Shown here piece after piece: positions 1-8,957 of a DNA stretch of 64,000 nucleotides. A program made the translations under genes and the position numbers. Location: IMG/VR virus record IMGVR_UViG_3300021185_002756, positions 34,238-98,237 of that record. One strand, 5' to 3'. The notes under the pieces were generated by a model. That model saw only the letters and a list, made by a program, of their open reading frames with translations. It was not told where the DNA came from and did no database searches. The DNA is from a virus. Position 1 is the stretch's first letter, and each line of letters opens with the position of its first letter.

Positions 1-192
1 TGGTTAGAAGCCGGTGGCTTTAATATAACATATCCTAATTATGAATTCTACTGTGATACCACAGGCATGTGGGAGCAAATAGAAAAACAGAACAAATTGA
101 TACTTGACTTTGGCCAGAAACACATGTTACAATGGATACAACATCACACATATAGTGATATTTTTATTGCAACCTACAGGAAACAAATATGA
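1..192 (+). CDS. Partial (5'-truncated) hypothetical phage protein
   Basis: Frame 1 is open from base 1 (WLEAGGFNITYPNYEFY...) to TGA at 190-192, overlapping the next ATG (ATGA coupling). Confidence 0.75.
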   Translation, partial: WLEAGGFNITYPNYEFYCDTTGMWEQIEKQNKLILDFGQKHMLQWIQHHTYSDIFIATYRKQI

Positions 193-1157
193 AAATATTA
201 ATTACAGGTAGTGAAGGATCCTTGATGCAAACAGTGATTCCTAAGTTGTTAAAACAAGGGCATTCATTGGTTGGTGTTGATAATTTATATAGACACGGAG
301 AAGTTAGCAAACTCGCTAATAAAGATTATCCATTGCATAAAATTGATTTAACCGACCGAAGTAAAACTGAAGATCTCTGTAAAGGCTTTGATGTTGTTTT
401 CCTTGCGGCAGCAAAAATTTACGGTGTTGGCGGATTCAATCATTATTGCGGTGATATTATTGCAGATGATATTGCTATACAAGGTAATATATTTCGAAGT
501 TGTGCAAAACACAATGTAAAACATGTTGTCTATATTAGTTCTAGTATGGTCTACGAAACATGCGTGCAAGACGTAAATGTTCCTGTTACAGAAGATATGG
601 TTGATGATTGTGAAATGCCAAAAACAGAATATGGTGTAAGTAAAATAATAGGCGAAAGAATGTGTGAAGCATTTCATAAACAGTATGGGATAGATTACAC
701 TATTTGGAGACCATTCAATATTATAACACCAAGTGAAACTGGCATGAATGAATTAGGCTTCAGCCATGTATTTGCAGATTATATCAAAAATATTTTAATT
801 GAAAATATAAACCCATTGCCTATTATTGGCAACGGAGAGCAAATTAGGTGCTTTACTTGGATTGAAGATACTGCATCCATTATTGCTGATTATAGTTTTG
901 ATAAACGTGCTAAAGGACAAGCCTTTAATATATGTAATGTAGAACCTATTACAATGAAAACATTAGCACACAAAATTTATTCCCATACTGATAGCAATAC
1001 AGGATTACATTTTAAAACAACAAAGAACTTTAAGCATGATGTGCTAATTAGAATACCATCAGTGCAGAAGTTTACAGATACATTTGGAGAACATACATAT
1101 CAACCAGTGGATAAAAGTATTGATATTTGTGTAAAACATACCATGGATAACTCATAG
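189..1157 (+). CDS. NAD-dependent epimerase/dehydratase (extended SDR)
   Basis: N-terminal ITGSEGSL Rossmann variant, ISSSMVY, catalytic YGVSK (YxxxK), WRPFN, GNGEQIRCF. Confidence 0.92.
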   Translation: MKILITGSEGSLMQTVIPKLLKQGHSLVGVDNLYRHGEVSKLANKDYPLHKIDLTDRSKTEDLCKGFDVVFLAAAKIYGVGGFNHYCGDIIADDIAIQGNIFRSCAKHNVKHVVYISSSMVYETCVQDVNVPVTEDMVDDCEMPKTEYGVSKIIGERMCEAFHKQYGIDYTIWRPFNIITPSETGMNELGFSHVFADYIKNILIENINPLPIIGNGEQIRCFTWIEDTASIIADYSFDKRAKGQAFNICNVEPITMKTLAHKIYSHTDSNTGLHFKTTKNFKHDVLIRIPSVQKFTDTFGEHTYQPVDKSIDICVKHTMDNS

Positions 1158-1897
1158 TGCAATTTGGAATACTAGGATATGGCTATGTAGGTAAGGCTAC
1201 ACATAAGGGCATACTAAACGATACCGATGTTATCATTCATGACACTTTGCATAACACTGAAAGAACTATACTAAGAGATGCCGAAACAGTGTTTGTATGT
1301 TTACCCACAGAAACAGAAAAGCATATCAAGGTTGTTATTGCCGAACTACAACATTTACAGCAGCTTAACCCTAATGTACAGATTGTCATCCGTAGTACAT
1401 TACCATTGGGCACTTGCGAACAGATACAAAAATTAGTTGGTGATATAATTTATATTCCTGAATTCTTACGTGAAAGATATTGGGAAACAGATTGTACAAA
1501 AAGGCCATTGGTAGTAGGATGTGATGATATTTCTTTGCCGGAATGGTTACTTGCAGAACACATATACACTTGTACTACCAAAGAAGCAGAACTAGTTAAA
1601 ATGTATCAAAATAATTTAAACGTAGTAAAAATTGCATTTGCAAATGTATTTTATGACCTAGCAGAAAGTGTAGACGCAGACTATGATAGAGTAAAAAATG
1701 CATTTTTAAAAGTACAACATGACCAAACATATTTAGATGTGCCTGGACATGATGGTACAAGAGGATTTGGCGGAAAGTGTTTGCCTAAAGATTTAGACTT
1801 TATTATTGCAACACTAGACACACACAATATTAATCAAAATTGGTTTAAGCACATAAGAGATTTAAACAAAGAATGGACACAAAAGCACCATGTATAA
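1157..1897 (+). CDS. UDP-glucose/GDP-mannose dehydrogenase family protein (short form)
   Basis: GYGYVG, VFVCLPT, IRSTL, PEFLRE, GFGGKCLPKD catalytic Cys motif; GTG start. Confidence 0.88.
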   Translation: MQFGILGYGYVGKATHKGILNDTDVIIHDTLHNTERTILRDAETVFVCLPTETEKHIKVVIAELQHLQQLNPNVQIVIRSTLPLGTCEQIQKLVGDIIYIPEFLRERYWETDCTKRPLVVGCDDISLPEWLLAEHIYTCTTKEAELVKMYQNNLNVVKIAFANVFYDLAESVDADYDRVKNAFLKVQHDQTYLDVPGHDGTRGFGGKCLPKDLDFIIATLDTHNINQNWFKHIRDLNKEWTQKHHV

Positions 1898-2669
1898 GAC
1901 TCATTTTAGTTACTTTGGTGGTAGTGGTGGTTTTTTTGCACTATGGCATATTCTATTAGCGACTGAATACAATTGTGACTTTCGGACCGATGAAGAGTTT
2001 TATACACCAATTTACAATCTAAATGCCTATAACGACATAAGAGGCGACAGTTGGCCTGCACATTATAGTTTGCCTACGTCAACTGAGGATTTAGATATTG
2101 AGATACAACAGGAACTTTTAGCAAATCCCAGCTGGCAAAATATAGTTGAACGTGTAATAGAAGACAGAACCAGACCAGAAATCACCAAAGATAATGTATA
2201 TAGAAGACAATGGGCAGTAAGTAAAGATCGCAAGAAATGGAAACGATCAGAAGTACCACCTAATAATAACCTGACCAGCAAATCCGCTTATAGTCATAAA
2301 CTGTTCTATCAATGGAATCCAACTGTACACCAATTACAGGAAGGAAATTATGATAAGAAAATTCTAATCTATACAGATTACGACACACATATGATGCTTG
2401 CTAAGAATAAAAACGCCTGGATATATGGTCCAGGAAAACTGCCCGTCAAACAATACAATGCAAAATATAATGGTGTCAACGTATTCCATGAAGTCCTTGA
2501 AATAGCTGAACATGCTACGCATACCGTACTATTACAAGATATTGTTAGAACCAAAGGACAAGCACTACTAGACGCTTTTGATACTAATACTAATATTCTT
2601 AACTTAACACATAATGATATGTGGCTAAACTTACACACAAACGAAGAAAAACAAAGGTTATTAAAATGA
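1890..2669 (+). CDS. Hypothetical protein (possible degenerate sulfotransferase/P-loop fold)
   Basis: 259-aa ORF inside the operon; N-terminal YFGGSGGFF glycine loop. Confidence 0.6.
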   Translation: MYKTHFSYFGGSGGFFALWHILLATEYNCDFRTDEEFYTPIYNLNAYNDIRGDSWPAHYSLPTSTEDLDIEIQQELLANPSWQNIVERVIEDRTRPEITKDNVYRRQWAVSKDRKKWKRSEVPPNNNLTSKSAYSHKLFYQWNPTVHQLQEGNYDKKILIYTDYDTHMMLAKNKNAWIYGPGKLPVKQYNAKYNGVNVFHEVLEIAEHATHTVLLQDIVRTKGQALLDAFDTNTNILNLTHNDMWLNLHTNEEKQRLLK

Positions 2670-3346
2670 ACCATAAAATACTACACAAACTGGAACAGAT
2701 GATACACGTTTCACCACAATTGATACGCAATCCAGAAACAATGCGTCAAGCAATACGTGGTACGTTTGCAGTAGATGTAGATGATGTGGAATTCAACACC
2801 ATTGGCGAACTAGTAGAACGCATTGATGACAAGGTACTGGATGGTTACTTTAGGCATGTGTGGCAGAGTGAAATAAAGAAATACAAGTATAGTGGCCCTG
2901 CTATCATTGATGAAATAAACAAACTTAAACCACGTAAGGTATTGGACATTGGATGTGGGTACAATGAATTCAAAGGCAAAATACCAAATCTAATAGGCAT
3001 TGATCCATTCAATGATGCTGCAGATATTTGTGTAAAGATGCTTGACTATCATCCACAAGAACGTTTTGATGCAATGATTGCACTTGGTTCAATTAACTTC
3101 GGATCAACTTCAAAAATATTTGCAGAACTAGAACATGCAGTGAATTTATGCAATCCAGGTGCAGTGCTGTTCTTCCGTGCCAATCCAGGCTTACCGCACG
3201 TAAAAGATGAATCAAACTGGATACACTTTTACCCTTGGGACGCTAACTTTATTGTAAACTGTGCAGATCAACTCAACGTAGACATACTTGACCTACGTAC
3301 TGATACACATAAAAATCGACTGTACTTTGTATGGCGTACTAAGTAA
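2666..3346 (+). CDS. Class I SAM-dependent methyltransferase
   Basis: KVLDIGCG motif I, GIDP, FDAMIALGSI; start placed at MNHK (ATGA overlap with the upstream stop) rather than 2621. Confidence 0.85.
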   Translation: MNHKILHKLEQMIHVSPQLIRNPETMRQAIRGTFAVDVDDVEFNTIGELVERIDDKVLDGYFRHVWQSEIKKYKYSGPAIIDEINKLKPRKVLDIGCGYNEFKGKIPNLIGIDPFNDAADICVKMLDYHPQERFDAMIALGSINFGSTSKIFAELEHAVNLCNPGAVLFFRANPGLPHVKDESNWIHFYPWDANFIVNCADQLNVDILDLRTDTHKNRLYFVWRTK

Positions 3347-3455
3347 AAGCAACACACTTACAAGCAACGCCTGAATGTAAAAGAGTTCGCTTGTATTCCC
3401 CTAAAATTTAACTGCACAGTCTGTGTGACATTGTCGACCTATGAAAGGATCTTCC

Positions 3456-4124
3456 ATGAAAAAACTTCTACTGATTACTGGCCCACAAGGAAGTGGCAAT
3501 CACCTATTCAGTAAAGTATTGGCTGTACATCCTGAAGTGTATGGGTGGAAGGCACTGAACGAAACATATTGGATTGTGCATGACCAAGAGCCATTCAACA
3601 AGTACTGGGTAGACCCTACTGAATGGGATAGAGCAGACTTTGGTGATTACCAGTATGCAGTGGTCAGTAACAGTGTGCCATATGTACAAAACGGTAACAC
3701 ACAGAATCCTCCCTTTGAAGAGTTTATTGCAGGCGCAGAACGTGCAGGATGGACAGTGCAAGTCGCAATCATTGGCAGAGATATCAATATATTAGAAGCA
3801 CAACAAAAAAGACTGCGTAGAGCCGTGACATTGCCTCATATGATGGATGCAGTTGAGACACTGGAAAAGTATGATCCAGACTTTATCAGTCATGAGTTAC
3901 TCTGTTTATACAAGCAGAAATACTTGAAGAAACTCAGTAAACAACTGGACTTTCCTATTGCATATGACGCTCCTATTATCGATGAAATACTCAAAGACAA
4001 TGCCAATGCAAAGTATGTAAACGCAGTAACAGAAACTGATTTGGACAGAGAGATTACTAGACAATTGGCTGCAACCAGTGTAGAAGGTACTGAATGGTAC
4101 AACAGGATACACAACGATGGATAA
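3456..4124 (+). CDS. P-loop sulfotransferase/kinase-like protein
   Basis: LLITGPQGSGNHLFSKVL resembles a 5'-PSB/P-loop; IIGRD resembles a 3'-PB; RBS AAAGGA before MKKLL. Confidence 0.6.
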   Translation: MKKLLLITGPQGSGNHLFSKVLAVHPEVYGWKALNETYWIVHDQEPFNKYWVDPTEWDRADFGDYQYAVVSNSVPYVQNGNTQNPPFEEFIAGAERAGWTVQVAIIGRDINILEAQQKRLRRAVTLPHMMDAVETLEKYDPDFISHELLCLYKQKYLKKLSKQLDFPIAYDAPIIDEILKDNANAKYVNAVTETDLDREITRQLAATSVEGTEWYNRIHNDG

Positions 4125-4845
4125 GAATATTGTAATATTCTATGTTCCCGGTGCTTACGGAAGTTACATCGCCTGGATAATTGAAAGATTCAATACACAA
4201 CGTAAAAAGTTTTCGCCAGCAGTGGTTGACAATCCACTACAATCAGATGGCAGTGCTCATGCACACGCCAGTTATTGCAAGGTTGAAAACATGGCATCAG
4301 TCACAGAGTTTTTATCCAACCAACAGTTTCCTGATTGGGGTTACAAAATATGGGCAGGCTGGCCTGTTGATAAACACAACACTATTGGTCAATGTATAGA
4401 ACAAACACTAGACCAAATGAACAATGATGATAGGCTCATAGTGGTATCACGTGACACCATTATGGACGCAGGCATCAGTTGGCTAAATGCCAGTACAAAA
4501 TTAACAAAGCAACGTTGGTATTCGAGCTTGAATATTTCAAGCGATGACGAACTAGCAGATGCATTTGTACAAGAATTAAATCAAAGACATTACTACTATG
4601 TCAATGATAGGAAATTTATCGATGTTTCGATAGATGAGTTGCTTTTTGCAAGACCTGAAAGTTTACTAATGCTAGTAAAACAATTGGGTTTTGACATCTG
4701 TGATAAACCTTTGTTTGCAAAGATATCTGCAGAACAACGAAAAGCACAAAGTAGCGTCACTGTTATGAAAGACATATTATCAGGAAAACATGATGATAGT
4801 GTTGATCCAGCAGTGGCATCAATAGTAAGTTACATTAAGGAGTAA
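4117..4845 (+). CDS. Hypothetical, sulfotransferase-like fold
   Basis: IVIFYVPGAYGSYIAW N-terminal glycine loop, VVSRD. Confidence 0.5.
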   Translation: MDKNIVIFYVPGAYGSYIAWIIERFNTQRKKFSPAVVDNPLQSDGSAHAHASYCKVENMASVTEFLSNQQFPDWGYKIWAGWPVDKHNTIGQCIEQTLDQMNNDDRLIVVSRDTIMDAGISWLNASTKLTKQRWYSSLNISSDDELADAFVQELNQRHYYYVNDRKFIDVSIDELLFARPESLLMLVKQLGFDICDKPLFAKISAEQRKAQSSVTVMKDILSGKHDDSVDPAVASIVSYIKE

Positions 4846-4848
4846 AAA

Positions 4849-6333
4849 ATGGACTTAACAACACTTTTCCCACTGTTTGACCCGTCAGCAGGTTGGGGAC
4901 TTTTGGCGCTATATGCGTCTGTTGTGTTTGCTCTTACTACATACTTTGTAAGAGGATACACAGCTGATAAAACTAGTTTCTTAGTCGCAAGGCGTGAAAT
5001 TGGTGGATTCGCAGGAGCAAGTAGTGTCGGAGCCGCATGGGCTTGGGCACCATCAATGTTTATCTCATCACAGATGGCATACCTAAATGGTGTTGCTGGA
5101 TTGTTTTGGTTTTGTTTGGGCAACTTCCTAACACTGATTCTGTTTAGTTTCTTTGTTAAGAAATTAAGGTCAATGAAGCCAGATGGATTCACGTTAGCAG
5201 GATACATTAGAGAAAAGTTTGGAAAAAGAGTGCAAAGTATCTTTTTAATTGAACTATGGATGTTAGCAACTTGTGCATTCGCACTAAACGCACTAGCAGG
5301 ATCTAAAGCAGTTATGACATTAACTGGTATCAACTATCACTTTGTAACATTTGCACTAGCCGCAATAGCATTAACGTATGCATGGCGTGGTGGTTTAAAA
5401 GCAAGTGTTGTCACTGAAATCTTTAAGATTAGTGTACTATGGTTAGGAATTATTTTTGTTGTGCCGTGGGTATGGTCAGCAACAGGTGGAGTCACCGCTG
5501 GTGCAGTAGCAGAAGGACTTGGTGGTATAACAGGTATGGGCGATGGAATATTCCACAATGAATTTGTTGTTGGTGTGTTTATGGCAGTTGGTATTAGTAC
5601 AACACTAGGACACATGGGTGCTCCTTGGGGCGACAACGGCTTTTATCAAAGAGCTTTTGCTATCAAACCAAACAGTATCATTCCAGCATTTATAGGCGGA
5701 GCATGTTTGTTTATTTTCGTTCCTATCATGATTGGTACATTAGGATTTGCAGCCGCAGGTAGTGGATTAGAAATACCAAAATCAATGGTTGGTATGACTA
5801 CTATTATTTCAGTAGCAAGTGTGTTACCAAGTTGGACAGTGTTAATTCTTGTGTTTATGCTATTAGCAGGACTTATTGCGGTGCTTGACTCTCACTTAAA
5901 CAGTGCAAGTGCTTTGGTATCCAATGATGTACAAAGTAGAGTAAACGAAAAGACAACAAATGAATCAGATATCAAATGGGGTCGTTGGGGTATGATTGCA
6001 CTAGCAATTGGTGCTTTGGCAATCGCTAACTATCCTGGTATTACAATGTTAACTATCTTTTTGTTCTTTGGAGTTATGAGAGCAACTGTATGGTGGCCTG
6101 TAATGTTACATATCTGGAAGCCAAACCTTATAAATGAAAAAGGTATGTTCTGGGGTATTGTAGTTGCATTTGTAGTCGGCTTTCCAACTTTCTTTTATGG
6201 AAAAGTAATGGGCGGTGGTGCTGAATTGACCATGCTTGGTACATGTCTAACTATCTTTGGTAGTGCGGCATTATCAGTAATAATCAGTAAAGCAACCAAA
6301 GCAGATGACGCACAAGTAGTAGCGGCAGAATAA
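4849..6333 (+). CDS. Sodium:solute symporter (SSS) family transporter
   Basis: About 13 hydrophobic segments; FLVARR, AWAWAPS, GGLKASVVTE, YQRAFA, LDSHLNSASAL SSS motifs; RBS AAGGAG. Confidence 0.9.
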   Translation: MDLTTLFPLFDPSAGWGLLALYASVVFALTTYFVRGYTADKTSFLVARREIGGFAGASSVGAAWAWAPSMFISSQMAYLNGVAGLFWFCLGNFLTLILFSFFVKKLRSMKPDGFTLAGYIREKFGKRVQSIFLIELWMLATCAFALNALAGSKAVMTLTGINYHFVTFALAAIALTYAWRGGLKASVVTEIFKISVLWLGIIFVVPWVWSATGGVTAGAVAEGLGGITGMGDGIFHNEFVVGVFMAVGISTTLGHMGAPWGDNGFYQRAFAIKPNSIIPAFIGGACLFIFVPIMIGTLGFAAAGSGLEIPKSMVGMTTIISVASVLPSWTVLILVFMLLAGLIAVLDSHLNSASALVSNDVQSRVNEKTTNESDIKWGRWGMIALAIGALAIANYPGITMLTIFLFFGVMRATVWWPVMLHIWKPNLINEKGMFWGIVVAFVVGFPTFFYGKVMGGGAELTMLGTCLTIFGSAALSVIISKATKADDAQVVAAE

Positions 6334-6336
6334 AAA

Positions 6337-6858
6337 ATGAACACTAAAGCAATAGTAAAAGAATATTTTGGCAAGCATTGGACAAGTAGAACCAGTACCT
6401 ACAGATATTCCTCATGTGAGACTATTGCAAGTAAAATCGCAACCCACGAAACTGTTATTGACGTGGGTTGCGGTAACAACGAATTTAAACCACATATAAA
6501 GCATTTAACTGGTATTGATATAGTAAACCCAGCTGCTGATATATGTGTTGACCTTGATGAGTATGAACCGGATCAACTGTTTGACGTAGCAATATGCCTT
6601 GGCGTAATACAGTACGGAGACGAAAACGACATCACAAGACAAATAGCCAAAGTTGGTAGTATTCTCAAACCAAGTGCAAGAATATACTGGAGATCCAATA
6701 TGGCAGTTAGAGATCACAAACATGAAATGGTAAACCTAGTACCTTACTATCCTTGGAGTATTGATGAGCATCATAGGTTTGCTAGGATGTTTGGATGGAC
6801 TATAGATTTTATTGATGAAGACTTATACGGAAGACTTTACGCAGAGTGGCGAAGATAA
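6337..6858 (+). CDS. Class I SAM-dependent methyltransferase (paralog of 2666-3346)
   Basis: VIDVGCGNNEFK, GIDIVNPAADI, FDVAICLG. Confidence 0.85.
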   Translation: MNTKAIVKEYFGKHWTSRTSTYRYSSCETIASKIATHETVIDVGCGNNEFKPHIKHLTGIDIVNPAADICVDLDEYEPDQLFDVAICLGVIQYGDENDITRQIAKVGSILKPSARIYWRSNMAVRDHKHEMVNLVPYYPWSIDEHHRFARMFGWTIDFIDEDLYGRLYAEWRR

Positions 6859-6864
6859 CACCTG

Positions 6865-7083
6865 ATGATATTCTACGTTAAATATGCGAGTGCAGTTATC
6901 ATTCTTTGTGCAATGGTACTGCATGTCGCAGGCATAACTCCTTGGAATAGCATACTACAAATGATAGGTGCATGTGGATGGTGTTATGTTGGATACAAAT
7001 GGAATGAACGGGCAATAATTTTAAACTTCTTACCACAGTTTGCAATTATTATACCAATGTTAATATGGATGTACTTACTATGA
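6865..7083 (+). CDS. Small membrane protein (DUF6552-like)
   Basis: Three hydrophobic helices; PWN...GW.YVG..WNERA pattern; similar to 13858-14103. Confidence 0.6.
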   Translation: MIFYVKYASAVIILCAMVLHVAGITPWNSILQMIGACGWCYVGYKWNERAIILNFLPQFAIIIPMLIWMYLL

Positions 7084-7787
7084 CACAAGAATATAAGAGC
7101 AGTTGGGAATGGGCAGTTGCACACAGTAACTACCATTTTGATATAAACAAAGAAGAAAAAGTTGGTGACTGGTACAGTATATTGGGCAGATTCGCTGGTG
7201 CCGATTGGTCACATGAAACAGATAAATTAATACACACAACACACCCAATCAATTGGGGCACACGTAAACATTTGAAAGGTGGAACATATAAATCACCTAT
7301 GCTACCCGAAGAAAACTATGACATTGAACAAGGTGGCGGAAATGCAGAAGAATTAGAACTAACTGATGTAAGCGACGAACTAGAGGAATACCCAACAATA
7401 TCACGTATGATTGAGTACCTGGGCGTAATTCCTAATGGCAACAAAGATAAAAGATATGCTAGAGCACACGTACAAAAAACAGGACAAATGTTCAACAGGC
7501 ATATTGATAAACTTTGGGAAAGACATCCTGAAGACCCAGAACAGATTGTAAGAATGACAATCATGCTACGTGATTGGGAACCAGGGCAGTACTACAGTTA
7601 TGGCAACTTGATTTATTCACATTGGCGTGCTGGAGAAGTGCATACTTTTGATTGGATGAATGTTCCACACAGTACTGCAAATACAAGCAACCATCCAAGA
7701 CCAGCAGTACAAATCACCGGTTTGAAAAGTGAGCATACTAGAGAACTTTTAGCCAATGCAAACAAGAACAACACGTTTACTTTATAA
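7080..7787 (+). CDS. 2OG-Fe(II) oxygenase / cupin-fold protein
   Basis: HxD (HID) ... DWEPG ... WRAGE ... PHSTAN ... R facial-triad pattern; likely start MTQEY. Confidence 0.7.
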   Translation: MTQEYKSSWEWAVAHSNYHFDINKEEKVGDWYSILGRFAGADWSHETDKLIHTTHPINWGTRKHLKGGTYKSPMLPEENYDIEQGGGNAEELELTDVSDELEEYPTISRMIEYLGVIPNGNKDKRYARAHVQKTGQMFNRHIDKLWERHPEDPEQIVRMTIMLRDWEPGQYYSYGNLIYSHWRAGEVHTFDWMNVPHSTANTSNHPRPAVQITGLKSEHTRELLANANKNNTFTL

Positions 7788-7795
7788 GAGATAAT

Positions 7796-8224
7796 ATGAA
7801 AATACTAATATTTGGATTACCAGGCTCAGGCAAGAGCACACTGTCAGAACCTTTTGCTGAACTAATAAACGGCATTTGGATAAATGCAGACCAAGTTAGA
7901 CAACACTACGATGATTGGGACTTTACACCTGAAGGACGTATGCGTCAGGCACTGCGTATGAAGTATCTCAGTGATGGTGTTGTAAGAGCAGGCAAAACTG
8001 CAATAGCTGATTTTGTATGTCCTACAGAGGCAGCACGTTTAGAATTTGACCCAGACTACACAGTGTGGATGGACACGATCGAAGAGGGCAGGTTTGAAGA
8101 CACAAATAAGATGTTTGAAAAGCCAGCAAATTTTGACTATCATGTCAAAGAATGGTTTACCGACACACCACATCAATTGATGGAAGTTGTCCAGAATTAT
8201 ATGGAAAGAAAGAAAAATGTTTGA
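7796..8224 (+). CDS. Adenylylsulfate (APS) kinase-like P-loop kinase
   Basis: GLPGSGKS Walker A, NADQVR, DFTPEGRMRQ, ADFVCP; short CysC-like. Confidence 0.8.
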   Translation: MKILIFGLPGSGKSTLSEPFAELINGIWINADQVRQHYDDWDFTPEGRMRQALRMKYLSDGVVRAGKTAIADFVCPTEAARLEFDPDYTVWMDTIEEGRFEDTNKMFEKPANFDYHVKEWFTDTPHQLMEVVQNYMERKKNV

Positions 8225-8627
8225 CTCACAAAAACCAACTACACAAATGCTAGGCAGATGGCAACCATGGCATGACGGACACACTGAATTGTTTCGTAGA
8301 GCACTTGCTGAAACTGGACAAGTATGCATTATGGTACGTGATGTAGGAGGCATTGTGGGCAGAGATGCAGGTGCAGGACGAACCAACGTACAACAGGACA
8401 ATCCATTTAGCCAAAAAGAAGCAGAGTCACAAATTGAAATAGGTTTGGAACAAGCAGGATTCAAACGTGGTGTTGAATACATTATACAACCTGTTCCAAA
8501 TATTGTAGATATAAGTTATGGTAGAGGTGTAGGTTATACCTTTACTGAGCACGACTTGGGCAAGAGTGTTGAATCAATCAGTGCTACAAAAATACGTGCA
8601 GAGATGAGAGCCAAAGGCACTTTATAA
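8217..8627 (+). CDS. Cytidyltransferase-like HxGH nucleotidyltransferase
   Basis: GRWQPWHDGH, DNPF, ISATKIR motifs; start at MFDSQ. Confidence 0.85.
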   Translation: MFDSQKPTTQMLGRWQPWHDGHTELFRRALAETGQVCIMVRDVGGIVGRDAGAGRTNVQQDNPFSQKEAESQIEIGLEQAGFKRGVEYIIQPVPNIVDISYGRGVGYTFTEHDLGKSVESISATKIRAEMRAKGTL

Positions 8628-8957
8628 AGAAGTTGCGGTTATTTGATTGTTGTAGGTGTTTTCAATTTCCCAATTGAGCCAGTCTATTATTTGACTGGTC
8701 TTTATTTCTTCGTTTATCCATTCGTACTTTCCACTTGTGGTGGCAAATAGATAATCATGAAATTCACTTTTAATTCTATCTTCTAAGTCTTCAATATGAT
8801 TTGCTGGTCCACTGTAGAGATGGTCAAAGCGGACTTCATGTCCGCAATGACCTTCATATTTTCTACGTCTGTTATCCACATTTGATGTAATTCCAAAACA
8901 GGTTTTACCTATGTGGTTTGACCATACGTACAAGTATCTCATATTATATACCTGCAA
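8622..8957 (-). CDS. GIY-YIG/T5orf172-like small protein
   Basis: YLYV...FGIT.N..NRRRKY...LE..IK...EW pattern. Confidence 0.5.
   Translation of the reverse strand: MQVYNMRYLYVWSNHIGKTCFGITSNVDNRRRKYEGHCGHEVRFDHLYSGPANHIEDLEDRIKSEFHDYLFATTSGKYEWINEEIKTSQIIDWLNWEIENTYNNQITATSL

Noticed and set aside
3400-3440. SAM-II/SAM-V riboswitch (ATTTAACTG)
   Set aside because: The required P1 stem and 3' pseudoknot partner are not present
8872-8880. DnaA box TTATCCACA
   Set aside because: Single copy inside a coding region; expected by chance
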